Shown piece by piece: positions 48,806-61,608 of a stretch of 64,000 bases of DNA. The notes under the pieces are model-generated. The model saw only the letters and a program-made list of their open reading frames with translations, did no database searches and had not been told where the DNA came from. Source of the DNA: Narcine bancroftii (Eukaryota); assembly GCF_036971445.1 (NCBI RefSeq), contig NC_091472.1, forward strand, positions 203,484,001 to 203,548,000. Reading direction: 5' to 3'. Position 1 is the first letter of the stretch. Each line of letters opens with the position of its first letter. The translations under genes and the position numbers were made by a program.

Positions 48806-50739
48806 TGTTGTATCTTTCCTCTTACACGTGTCTAATATTAGTAACATGTATCATCGAGAATCCTTCCTTCCGACACGAGTCTGCTACATCCCACCGTCTG
48901 TAACTTAAGGTGTGTTCACACGTGGTTGTTGCAAAGAAGTAACATTTCATGCAGAATTCCAAAATGTTTGAGCACTGGAGTGGATTTGAAATGTCTCCTC
49001 CCGGCGCACTAACAGGGGTAAATAATACGATATACACACTGAAAACGTTTTCTTTAACACAGTTCAACAGGAGAATCGAAATAAGTTGGTTCTCAAGTTA
49101 TTACCGTTCGCCACGTTGTAAAGCGTTCATTACTTTTTCGCTGTGTACCCTCGTTTGCGATTTGAAATAATTTGAAAGGATTCGTGTTAAAGTGGAGAAT
49201 TGACCCGCATGTGGAAGATGAAAGCTTGACCCAAACTAGAGTGGTGCGCTTCATTTGTATAATCACGAGAACGCCAACAAGAGATATAATTGCAGTTGGG
49301 AATTTTTCTGTAGGTTCTGACGACGATTCGATTGGTGAAAGCGGTTAATTGACTAGATGTGGGCATCGGTAATGCGAAGAAATTGCGCCAAACATTGACA
49401 AGAGCCCTGGTCGAGCCCCAGCTGGTGATTATGTCCCTATGCATCATACATGTTTCACGTTGGTACTAATGGCGCAGAGAATGTACAGGGTTCTAACATC
49501 ACTAAAACACACACAGCCGTGTCAGAGAGACTAGAGTCCCGCGGATTGATTTGTTCCGTGAACAGATGCTTGAATGAAGTTTGAGAGAGACAGACTTTTA
49601 CAGGAAGGTGGCGTCGGAATGTAGTGACATTTTGCGGCTCCTCGCAGATCCTCTGCTTTCATGCATTATAATCGTTAACATTTCTTAAATCAAGGCTAAA
49701 GTACGAGCCGACCTGCATGAATCGCATGAGACAACTCTCTTTGGTGTAACTTGGTAAACGGGACAAGAAACGGTTCCATTTCCTCGGGGACGTGAAGCAT
49801 TTCAAAGTTCGCTTCCAGCGAAGTATCGGGGGTGGTGGTGGGGGGGGGGGGGGGTCTTCCCAATGGAATCCGTGGGAACACACAAGGCACAGACATCAGG
49901 AATTGACATGAACTAAATGCTCCGCGGGAAAGTGTTCCGGATGTTGCTGGAAATTTTTTTCTGAACATAATGTTCCATGGGATAAATATTTGTAGGTGCT
50001 TAATTAAAATATCCTTGACGCCCTCCTGTTGTACACTCATTCAAGTCAAGGGATCTTCTGCACGATGGCTTTGTTAAGACGAGTCTGTTCCCGCTTAGAG
50101 TAGCTTATTCTTTACTGGTCCGGGCGGAAGGTGGGAAACCTCATGCCAGTCATCCAATTGCCAGCAAAAATGGCACAACGTCCAACCGACGGCATCTTTT
50201 AATTCAGTTAGCTGAATGGTCATACCTCACAATAAAAAACACGACATCTTTATTTATACACATACATAGATATTCTTTCTTCTCTTATTTATTTTTCTTT
50301 TTTGAGATGAGGGAGTGAGAGGATGTAGGAGGGCCTGGAGTCTTTTAGTCTCCCGGACGTCCATGTCTGCACTAGGTGTCGTGAGCTGCAACTTCTCAGG
50401 GACCGTGTTAGAGAACTGGAGCTGCAGCTTGACGACCTCGCCCTCGTCAGAGAGAGTGAGGAAGTCATAGAAAGGACCCAGGTGGTCTTATCAGGGCCAC
50501 AGGAGGAGGAGAAGTGGGTCACGGTAAGGAGAGGGAAGGGGAAGAGTAAGGTGCTAGAGAGGACCCCTGTGATTGTAACCCCCAACAATAAGTTCTCCTC
50601 CTTGAGTACTGTTGGGGGGGGGGGTGAAAGCATCATTGGCTGTACCTCGGGCATGAGTTCGGCCTCTGTAGCTTAGAAGGGAAGGGAAAGGAAGAGGAGG
50701 GCAGTAGTTGTTGGAGATTCAATAGGAGGTCAGATAGGA

Positions 50740-51852
50740 CAGGGGTGTCAAACTCAAATTCACGGAGGGCCAAAATTAAAAACTTGGACTGTTGAGGGCC
50801 GAACTAAATATTTATTGAAAATTTTCAACAACATCTGCATGTTTTCTCTTCTTTCAACATATGTAATGTTAAACTTTTTCTTATTAAAATAAATGTTTAA
50901 TAATAGTTTTGGATAAACTCTTTCATTGTCATTGTCATTGGCCCATTTCCTTTAGCGTCTGAAACCGTGCACATGACGAGTCAATGAGGGATGATTAAAG
51001 CAGTGGTCTTCAAACTTTTTCTTCCCACCCACAGACCACCTTAAGCAATCCCTTACTAATCACAGAGCACCAATGGCACAGGGACGCGAGTGGAAAGAAA
51101 AAGGTTGAGACCTGTTGTATTGTGGTAACTCCACATCTGATTAGGTTAATTGTTAGGCAAGTGGTCAGAGAAGGACCCCCCACCCCAAGAAAGGCTTAAA
51201 TCACAGGAACAAAATAAGCTTCCGTCTCACTGCTCCCAATCTTACACACAGTCCTGATGTGGAATGTGGGGTCGCAGTTCCACATTCACCCAAGTTCAGG
51301 TGCTGTCTGTGTGGAGTTTGTACGCTCTCCCCTTGTCTTGGACCAACAGGTCGGTCGCCTGACGAAGGCACCCGAATCCCCCGTTGAAACGCCAGCGTCC
51401 GGGGCGGTGGAGGAATTGGCTGAGAAGAGCGTGTTGCTCCCACCCCCCTCCCATGGTTGGAGAGGGATTAAACTGCAATCTCACGGCGCCGGGCTCGTCT
51501 CCAACAAAAGGAGCGGGAGGCAGGGTCCGCCGCGCACGGAGCGAGGGGGAAGGCATCGCCAACGAGACATTCGGTCCAGCGTCGCCGCTGAAGCGCAGAC
51601 CCAGCGAGGATGGTCCCCAACTCCAGCCGTGTCTGTGTGTCCGGGAGCCGGGCGGGCTGAGTGCGGCGCTCCGATCCCTGGGATTCGGGACTCTGAGATC
51701 CCTCCACACCTCCGGCGTCTTCATTTTCACCTTCAGTGTGCATGCTCTATACTGGCGCGGCGGCCAGCGGGCCAACTCTAATATATATTTAATATGATCT
51801 TGCGGGCCAAATATAATTATATTGGCCCGCGGGCCAGAGTTTGACATGTGTG
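50740..51852. mobile_element. Non-autonomous hAT DNA transposon with nested SINE/MITE
   Basis: TIRs CAGGGGTGTCAAACTC / GAGTTTGACATGTGTG and an 8-bp TSD AGATAGG(A/G). Confidence 0.85.
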
Positions 51853-53437
51853 AGATAGGGGATTCTCTGAACTCGCTAAAGAGAACTGTGAGGTGGTTTG
51901 CCTCCCTGGTACGAGGGATGTCCTATATATACTAAAGTGGGAGAGAAATGAGCCAGAGATTGTGATACATGTCGGTACCAACAACATAGGGAGGAAAAGT
52001 GTGGAGGTCCTAAATACTAGTAGAGGGAGTAGGTAGGGAGCTAAAAAGAAGGAGGGTGAAGGGGGTCATCTCTGGATCACTGTCTGTGCCACACGACAGT
52101 GAGGGGAGGAATAGTATCAGGTGGAGGATGAATGTGTGGCTGAAGGGATGGAGAAAGCGGCAGGGATTCAAGATTTTGGATCACTGGGACCTTTTTTGGT
52201 TTGAATAAAAAGCAAGGCCTACATTTAATATAACAAACAAGGTATAAATGAGATGCTTGGAAAATCACATTGATTGTAAAAAAGAATCTTAAGAAAGAAA
52301 TTAGGAAAGCTAAATGAAGGTATGAGGTGGCTTTAGCGAACAGGGTGAAAATAAATCCGAAGGGTTTTTACCAATATGTCAATACTAAAAGGAGAGTGAA
52401 GGATAAAATTGGCCCCTTAGAGAATCAGAGCAGACAACTGTGTGCAGAGCCAAATGAGATGGGAGAGATATTGAACAAGTTCTTTTCTTCGGTTTTCACC
52501 AGGGAGAAGGATATTGAATTGTACAGGATAAGGGAGGAAAAAGGAGTAATTATGGAAATTGTAGGGATCAGGAATGAGGGGGTATTGGAGCTTTTGAACC
52601 ATATAAAAGTGGATAAATTGCCAGGCCCTGAGGGGATTTTCCCCAGGACCTTGAGGGAAGTCAGGGAAGAAATAACAAAGGCTCTGACAGTGATTTTTAA
52701 AAGTCAATAGAAAGGGGTGTAGTGCTGGAGGATTGGTGTATCACACATATGGTTTCTTTGTTTAAAAAAGGATCGAGGAGTAAGCCTGGCAATTATAGGC
52801 CTGCAGGTTTGATGTTGATGCTTGGTACGCTAATGGAAAATATTCTTAGAGATAATACATATAAGTATCTAGAGAGACAGAGTCTGATCAGGAATACTCA
52901 ACATGGGTTTGTGCATGGAAGGTCATGTTAGATAAATCTTGTTGAATTTTTGGGGAGGTGACTAGAATGTATATAATGCAGTGGGTGTTGTCTAAATGGA
53001 TTTCGGTAAGGCCTTCATTAAGGTTCCACATGGAAGGTTAGTAAGAAAGATTCAAACGCTAGGTATTAATTTTGCGATAGTCAAATGGGTTCATCAGTGC
53101 CCAGAAGGTAGATACCAGAGAGTCATGGTGGATAACTGTCTGTCAGGATGGAGGCCAGTAATAAGTGAAGTGCTTCAGGGATTAGTATTGGGTCCCTTGT
53201 TATTTATCATGTACATTAATAATTTGGATGATGGAGTGGTAAACTGAATTAGTAAATATGTGGAAAAATAAATTAAAACAGGACATATGCAGTAAACTGG
53301 GGGACATTGAAGAACGCAGATGAACAGAAAGATCCATTGTTCATCATTCTTTAAAGGTGAAATCTCATGTAGATCAGGTGGTGAAGAAAGCGTTTGGTAT
53401 GCTGGCCTTTATAAATCATAGCATAGAATATAAGAGT

Positions 53438-56400
53438 AGAATTTTATCTGACCATTCATTGTTGTTGACCTTTTGTTTAGATACCGAGAAGGTAGCAAAT
53501 ACTTATCATTGGAGATTTAATGAGATGTTATTAAAAAGACGAGTTTATTAAATATATTAGGGAACAAATTATTTTTTATTTAAAAATGAATCAGGATTCA
53601 GTACAAAGTAAATTTGTTTAATGGGATGCTTTAAAAGCATATTTGATAGGTCAGATCATTAGTTATACAGCTAGAATTAAAAGACAATACTTGATTGAAA
53701 GTCAAAATTTGGAAGAAGAAATCGAAAAGTTAGAAAAAGAATTTCAGAAGAATTCTACTGAAGATAATAAGATCCATTTATCTAAATTAAAATTATGATA
53801 TAATATATTGCAATCATATAAATATGAAAAAATGATTCAAAGATCGAAACAGCATTTTTATGAATTAGGTGAAAAAGCACATAAGCAATTAAAAATGGAA
53901 CAAGCATCAAGAACAATTAATCCCATTAGGAAAGATTCAGAGATTACTTATAAACCTCAGGAAATTAAGGAGGAATTTTATAGATTTTATATCAAACTGT
54001 ATACATCTGAAAGTAGACAAAATACTGAGCAAATTGATTCGTTTTTGGCTAATTTAAATTTGCCATCATTGAGTGGGAACGATATTAATGATTTTGATAG
54101 TCCTTTTACGGAATTGGAATTAAAGGAAGCATTGCAATCAATGTCAGGAGGAATTTCCCCAGGGGAAAGATGGGTTTACAGTAGAATTTTATAAAGGATT
54201 TAATGATTTGTTGTTTCTGGTTTATATGGAAGTTTTGAAGCAGGCAACTGAGGTGGGTTTATTTCCAGAATCGTTTTCGAGGGCGTTGCTTACAGTTATT
54301 CCAAAGAAAGATAGAGATCCATTAAAACTGTCTTCTTATCGACTAATATCATTATTAAACGTAGATTATAAAATTGTTGCGAAAGTATTAGCGAACAGAT
54401 TGGCTAATTATTTGCAAAACTAGTACATGTTGATCAAGCTGGATTTATAAAGGCTCGATATTCAGTTGATAATGTCACTAAATTGATTTCTATAATTAAT
54501 GCTGCTAGACAACAAGCTAACCAACGATAATGGTGTTAGAAGCAGAAAAGGCTTTTGATAGCGTTGAGTGGAAATTTTTATTTAAAGTTTTAGAAAAAAT
54601 TCAATTTGGACCAACTTTCCCTACTTGGGTTAAAGCTTTATATACTAATCCTACAGCACAAATAATGACGAATGGTCTAATTTCATTGGCTTTTTGCACT
54701 ATCTTGATCAACTAGACAAGGTTGTCCTCTTTCACCAGTGTTGTTTGCATTGGTAATAGAACCTTTAGCTCAAGCTGTTCGGCAAAATTTGGATATTAAA
54801 GGTATTAAAGTAGGTGAACAAGAGTATAAGATTAATTTGTTTGCTGATGATGTTTTAATATATCTAACACATCCTAAAGAATCTTTGAGGATATTGCAAA
54901 ATTTATTACATCAATATGACATATTGTCAGGTTATAAGGTTAACTGGGAGAAGAGTGAAATATTGCTGATATAAAATGAGGATTATTTAGATTGTAGACA
55001 GATTACTACATTTAAATGGTCTGATAAGATTAAATATTTAGGAGTTATAGTTAATAAAGATGATCAAGACTTATATATTTTGAATTATATGCCTTTGTTG
55101 AATAAGATTAAAATTGATTTTCAGAAATGGAAAGCTTTGCTAATAACTTTGATTGGGAGAGTCTTTCTTTCTTCTTCTTCTTCTTTGGCTTGGCTTCGCG
55201 GACGAAGATTTATGGAAGGGTAAATGTCCACGTCAGCTGCAGGCTCGTTTGTGGCTGACAAGTCCGATGCGGGACAGGAAGACAGGGTTGCAGCGGTTGC
55301 ATGGGAAAATTTGTTGGTTGGGGTTGGGTGTTGGGTTTTTCCTCCTTTGTCTTTTGTCAGTGAGGTGGGCTCTGCGGTCTTCTTCAAAGGAGGTTGCTGC
55401 CCGCCGAACTGTGAGGCGCCAAGATGCACGGTTTGAGGTGATATCAGCCCACTGGCGGTGGTCAATGTGGCAGGTTCCGAAGCAATTTTTTAAAGAATTA
55501 AATAAAGTAATTCAGTTATTTTTATGGAAGGGTAAATTATCTAGGGTCTCTATGCATAAATTAATGTGGTGGTATGAATGGGGAGGACTTCAATTACCAA
55601 ATTTTCAAAATTATTATGAAGCAGCACAGTTGAAATTCATTAATAGGTTGTTTGATGTTCAACAATCAGCGGTCTGGACTAAAGATGAGTTGGATCAAAT
55701 TTTTGAAAAATAAATGAGTCAATTTATTTATAAATGGGATCCTTTATTGTTATAAAAAATATAATTTACCAGTATTAAGACATATATTGAATATTTGGTA
55801 TAAGCAGGATCAACTTTTAGGTTCTAAAGGGAAAATTTTGATTAAATCACCATTGTATCAGAATAAATTAATTCCATTTTCTTTAAATAATCCTTATTTG
55901 AAAAAATTGGAAATCAAAAGGAATTAGTATTATACAAGATTCTTTTGAGGCGGTTAAATTTTCTACATTTAATAGATTACAAATAAATTTGGTATTTCTG
56001 CAAATTCTATTTTAGTGTATTATCAAGTTCGAGATTTTTTTGCGAATACGATTTGGTAAGGAATTAATTTTACCAAGTCAATCAAAGTTTGAGATTTTAA
56101 TGGTTGACAAGGAAATGAAAGGATTTATATCGGATATGTATAGGTTGTTGCAAGAAAAGATGGATAAAGTTGGGATAGATAGGATAAAAGAGAAATGGGA
56201 GAAAGATTTAGATATTGAATTGTCTTGGGACGAATGGTCAAATATGTGTATGGATAGTGTTACAAAATTAATTAATGTGAGATATAGTATGGTTAATTAT
56301 AATTTTATTCATCAATTATATTTGACACCTGAGAAGTTGAAGAAATATGGATTTAGTCCAACAGATTTGTGTTTTAGATGTGAAGAAAAGACAGGCACTT

Positions 56401-57015
56401 TTGTGCATTGTGTATGGATGGACATGTAAGAAAGTTAAGCTTTTTTGGGAAAAAGTTATTAAATTTTTGAGAGACTTATTTACAATCAATTTGCAAATGG
56501 ATTCAATTATGTGTTTATTGGGATATATAAATGCTGTTACTTTGGGATTGATTGATAAACAACAATTGGCATTTTTGCGGTTAGGGTTAGCGGTAGCAAG
56601 AAAATGTATAACGATAACTTGGAAAAATGACGTGGAATTGAATATACAAAGATGACATAATGAATTGCAATCGTGTTTATATTTGGAAAAATTAACTTAC
56701 AATTTGCAAAATAACTACTCTTTTTTAATTAAAATGTGAAGTTTATATTTGGATTGTATGATTATTCATCTTAAGTAAGAGTTATGTAAAGAGCTGGCAC
56801 ATTGATTAACTAATTTTAAATGTATAATTTTTTAAGGCTCTGAGAGGTGAGGGAGGGAGTTAAGATTATGTAGTTAGTAGAGAGAGGGAGGGGGTGGGGG
56901 TTATTATAATCACCAGTATTATTTTTTTATACTTTTTCTTCTTTTTTATATATCTGTATTTGTATTTTCTTTTTTTGTAATATCTTGGAAAATTCTTAAA
57001 TAAAAATTTTCAAAG
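53438..57015 (+). mobile_element. L1-clade LINE ORF2 (decayed) inserted in CR1
   Basis: SDH, WDALKAYL, YRLISLLNVDYKI, AEKAFD, RQGCPLSP, LFADD, CFRC. 12-bp TSD GAATATA(A/G)GAGT. Confidence 0.93.
55163..55474 (-). mobile_element. RTE-clade 3' fragment nested in L1
   Basis: Reverse complement of the 14690-14991 family, with a (GAA)n tail. Confidence 0.95.
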
Positions 57016-59179
57016 GAATATAGGAGTTGGGACGTGATGTTGAGACTATTCAAGGCATTGGTGAGGCCAAATTTAGTGTACTCTGTACAGTTCTGGCTGT
57101 CAAATTATAGGAAGGATATCAATAAGGTAGAGAAAATGCAGAGGAGATTTCCTAAAATGTTGCCTGGATTTCAGAATCTAGACCTCAAAGAAAGATTGAG
57201 TAGATTAGGTCTTTATTCATTGGAGTGTAGAAGGTTGAAGGGGGATTTGATAGGGATATTTAAAATTATGAAGGGGATAGATAGAGTAGATGTGAATAGG
57301 CTCTTCCCCTTGAGGGTAGGTGAGATTGGAATGAAGGGTCTTAAGTTATGGGTTAGGTAGCAAAAGTTTAGAAGTAACATGAGGGGGAGCTTCTTCACTC
57401 AGAGAGTAGTGGCTTAGTGGAATGACCTTCCAGAAGAGGTGGTTGCAGCCGGGTCAATTTTGTCATTTAAGAGAAGGTTGTATAAGCGCATGAATGTGAG
57501 GGGATTGGAGGGTTATAGACAGGAAGCAGGTACGTTGGACTAGAGGAGATCACTTAGATGGGTACAGACAAGAGGGTCCAAGATGGCCTATTTCTGTACT
57601 GCAATTGTTATATGGTTATATGGATGAGAGTAGTTTGGAGGGTTATGAGCAAAGTGCAGGTAGGTGGGACTAGAGGAGATCATTTACATTGGTATGGACA
57701 AGAGGGTCCAAGATGGCCTGTTTCTATACTGCAATTGTTATATGGTTATATATAGACACACTTTCACTGTGATTTGGTTTATCTGAGATAGAAGAAAAGC
57801 AGCATATTAATGTATTTACCATGAATATTTATGAGCTACAACATAACCCCACAATCCTTGAACTCAATCCCCTGACTAATGTTGGCCAGTATATCATATG
57901 CCTTCATATCAACCCCATCAACCTACAAGGCAGCCTATAGATTTGGACCCCAAAGTCTTCCACACTGTTAGGAAAAGTGCCATTAACCATGTGTCCACCT
58001 ACAAGTTTGGCTTCCAAAATGCAAAACTTATCTGCATTGAACTCCATTCGCCACTTTTCCACCCAATTCCATGCCATCTCAATCCCATTGTAACAGGTGC
58101 AACACTGCCTTGGTGGTGGAGTGATGTAAGAGTTGAGCATGGGGTGTCCATCAAACACGTTGTCTGCACTGTGTGGTGTGGAGCGTGTTGTGTTTTGTTG
58201 ACTTACACTCATTCAGGCAATTTGAGAGCATGTGATTACACGCCTGACTTGAGCCCCGTTTCGAGGTTATGGGGTCAGTTAGTCACCACATGACACCGAG
58301 GCTCTGACCAGTAATTTAGCTAAATTGCCTGTATGGCTACTGTAGCTCAGTTTACAGTCAATGGTTCCCCAGGTTATTGATAATGAAGGATGGTAATGTA
58401 ATTGAATGTCAGTGGGTGAAAACTAGATCATCTCTCGTTTGGTGTCATTCTTGTCTGGCAAATGTGAGTTGCAACTATTTCCAGCTATCTTTCACCCCAG
58501 GCCTTGACATTGTTCCGGCCTTGCTCGATTTGATGCGAGCTGCTTCATTATCTGAGGAATCAGAAATGCTGCTCAACCCTGTGCAAACCATCAGCGAACA
58601 AATCTTCTGCTGACCTTAACGATTGAAGGGGAGGCGTTGTCGAAACTGCTGCAGATGTTGGAGCCTGGGGCACTGCCCAGAGGATATGTCCTGTGTCTGA
58701 GATGATTGACCACCAACAGCCACATCTATCTCCCTTCTGGCTGGGTATGTTTCCAGCCAACATGAGAAGCTACTTCTCATTCCCATTGACACTTTTAACC
58801 AGGGGCTCTTGAAGCCATTTTCGATCATATTCCTGGTGGTGAATGGGCTCCTGGGGTGAAGAGAATACCTTTAAATCGGGTATTGAAGAAGCCTGGCGTT
58901 ATTGGATTTAACAGAGGGAGAGATCATCTCATTGACCAGTGCAAGACAGACGATTGTTATGATAAGGTGGATGCTGAAAGGCCTTTCAACTGGCTATGAA
59001 ACTGGCTCGGGGATTAGTCTCAAACACAATCTTCTCCGGAACTCCCGCGGGCCCATCTGCATCAATGGATGTGAAGGAAAGGTGGCCGTTTCCATCCGAA
59101 ACTGCATCACATCAAGGATTCAGCTCTGAATATTGACCAATCTTTTCCTCACTGATGTTGCTTGTACCACCGGAATCTT

Positions 59180-59194
59180 CCAGCAGATGGCGCT
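59180..59194 (+). promoter_or_regulatory. CTCF-like motif
   Basis: CCAGCAGATGGCGCT matches the CCASYAGRKGGCR consensus in non-repetitive-looking sequence. Confidence 0.5.
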
Positions 59195-59999
59195 CGGCTT
59201 CAGGTTCAACAACCCGCAGCCTCCTGTGTGTCTACAGCTCGGAATGAAAGAAGTGAAAACAGGGACTCTATTTATAACAGGGATTTCCAACATTCTGCTC
59301 AGATAGATCTGGGAGACCAGACATCCACGGTGTTACATGGCGAGACGATGAGATTTCACTTTTCCATGTGACTAACAGCAGGAACATGGCCAAGAGACAT
59401 GGTCTGACTGGAGACAGGGGTGAGGCAGAGTGAAGTTGGATGGTCCTATGTTAATCCCCCTGCTGCGGTCTTTTGTTCACAGGTTGTTAGCTGAGACCAA
59501 AATTGTATTAACGCTAAAGAAGGAATGGATAAATCCATGAAATATTATATCCTTGCAGCAATGGTGAAAGGTGTCAGGTCGTAGATCACTTCATTGCAAT
59601 TGAAGAACAGAACTTGGCGTTATGAAAGTTTTCGACCGAAAATGATAGATTCTTGCCTTAGATGGGTCTCGCCTTCTGAGCATTTTCGGCACTTGTTTCC
59701 ACTACCTCCAAAGAATCATTTCGTCCACTGATCCAGTTCCACTATTCAATATGACCATGGGGAATCTAACATTCTCCCCACTCTGTCCCCTTTAATCAAA
59801 GACCTCGCAACCCTAAAAGTCGATACTGTCCTTGAAGCGATTCATTGAGTCTCTAAAGTTGAGAGTTCCAAAATATTCGTGATGATGAGACTCAAATGTA
59901 TGTTCCTGAAATTTCAGAAATATTACCTCTTATTGCTTAAGATTGTGAGAATACAAGACACGATGCGGGAACTTGGCTATGCGTCCCATCGATTGCGCC

Positions 60000-61608
60000 C
60001 CACCGTTCCATCATGGCTAATTTTCTCTCCCTTTTAACCTCACTCTCCCCGGACCTTCGATTTAATTCCTGATCAAGTCCCTATCAACTTCACTTAAATA
60101 TACTGACGACGGCCTCCACAGCCATCTGCGGTAATGAATCCCCTTGATTCACCACCCACCAAGCAAAGAAAATCCTCCCCAACTCTGTTCTGAATTGACG
60201 TATTCTGAGCATGTGATCCCCTGGTCCTCGGCAGCCCCAACAGAGGAAACATCTTCTCCAGGTCAACTCGCTGGAGGCCTTTTAGTATTCGACAGGGTTC
60301 AATGAGACACCCTTTCATTCTTTTCAACTCCAGCGAGCACAGTCCGAGAGTCATCAAACTATCCTCTTTTGACAACCCTTTCATTCCGGGATCATTCACG
60401 TTAACCTCCTTTGTTTTACAGAAGAGCCCGACATTGTTCACAGTACTCCAAGGACAGTTTTCCCAATAAAATGAAGCCTCAACATCCGCTTTGATATTCT
60501 CTCCCTCGCGACACGAATGATTTCACTTGCTTACCACTGACACTACATGCATCTTAGCCCTCAGGGATATTTGCACGAAGTATGTAAGTGTACTCGGGAT
60601 TTCTGGACTCCTTGCCCGTTTAGAAAATTGACTGCCTTTGCTTCCTTCCACTGAAGTGAATGATCATTCAGGTATCCACACAGTATTCCATTTGACATTA
60701 CCTTGACCCAACCACTAACCTGCCTAAGTCCTTTGCTCTGCATTTAATGATTTATCAACGCCAACTGTCCCTCTTCTGTCTTGTATAATCTTGGCCGCAA
60801 GCCACTATTTCGCCATTTAAATAATTGACAGACAGCGTGAAGATAAACGGTATTAACTTTCACACTTAGACTCTATAACCCCGGCAACATTCTAGTAAAT
60901 TTTATCTGCACTCTCTCCAAATTCTTCCTAGATCCCTCTGTTCTACTACACTTCAGATTGAAGTAGTAAAATAGATTCAACAGTGGTTGAATGGAGATGC
61001 CAGAGAGGTGTGGTAGATAACTGTTTGTCAGATTGGAAGTGGTGTGCCTCAGGCTTCAGCATTGGGTCCATTACTGTTTGTCAAACATATTAATGATCTG
61101 GATGATGGAGTGGTAAATTGGATTAGTAAGTGTGCAGATGATACTATGATAGGCGGAGCTGTGGCTAGTAAAGAAGGGTTTCAAAGTTCGCAGAGGGATT
61201 TATGCCAGTTAGAAAACTGGGGTGAAAAACAGCAGTTGGAGTTTAATGCAGATAACTGTATGGTGTTACATTTTGGTAGGGCTAAATCAATGTAAGACAT
61301 TCATGGTGAATGCTAGGATACTGAAAAGTGCAGTAGAACAGAGGGATTTAGGATGAATGATGTTCCCTGAAGATGAAGTCACATGAGGATAGGGTGGTGA
61401 AGAAAGCTTAAGGTATGTTGGCCTTTATAAATCAGAGCATTGAGTGTAGGAGCTGGGATGTTATGTTAAAATAGTACAAGGCATTGGTGAAGCCAAATCT
61501 GGAGTATTGTGTGCAGTTTTAGTCACCAACATATAGGAATGATATCAACAATATGGAGAGAGTTCAGATAAAATTTACTAGAATGTTGCCGGGATTACAG
61601 AGTCTAAG
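60000..61608. mobile_element. CR1 fragments (minus about 60000-60830, plus about 60960-61608)
   Basis: LGLCSLELKRMKG; PQASALGPLLF..INDL..ADDT..FNADNC.VLHFG. Confidence 0.8.

Larger units (their letters stand above)
50290..57755 (+). mobile_element. CR1 LINE (ORF1 zinc finger/esterase plus ORF2 pieces) interrupted by hAT and L1
   Basis: CTRCRELQLL, VVGDS, HVGTNN, NPKGFYQY, GNYRP, QHGF, DFGKAF.KVPH, LGPLLF. The 3' end resumes at 57016 and has a tandemly duplicated tail at about 57500-57752. Confidence 0.9.

Noticed and set aside
51257-51847. Overlapping GC-rich ORFs of 137-183 aa
   Set aside because: They lie inside a non-autonomous hAT element, have no transposase motifs, and are explained by high GC content.
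55153-55713. 186-aa chimeric ORF
   Set aside because: Chance fusion of antisense RTE sequence with host L1 ORF2.
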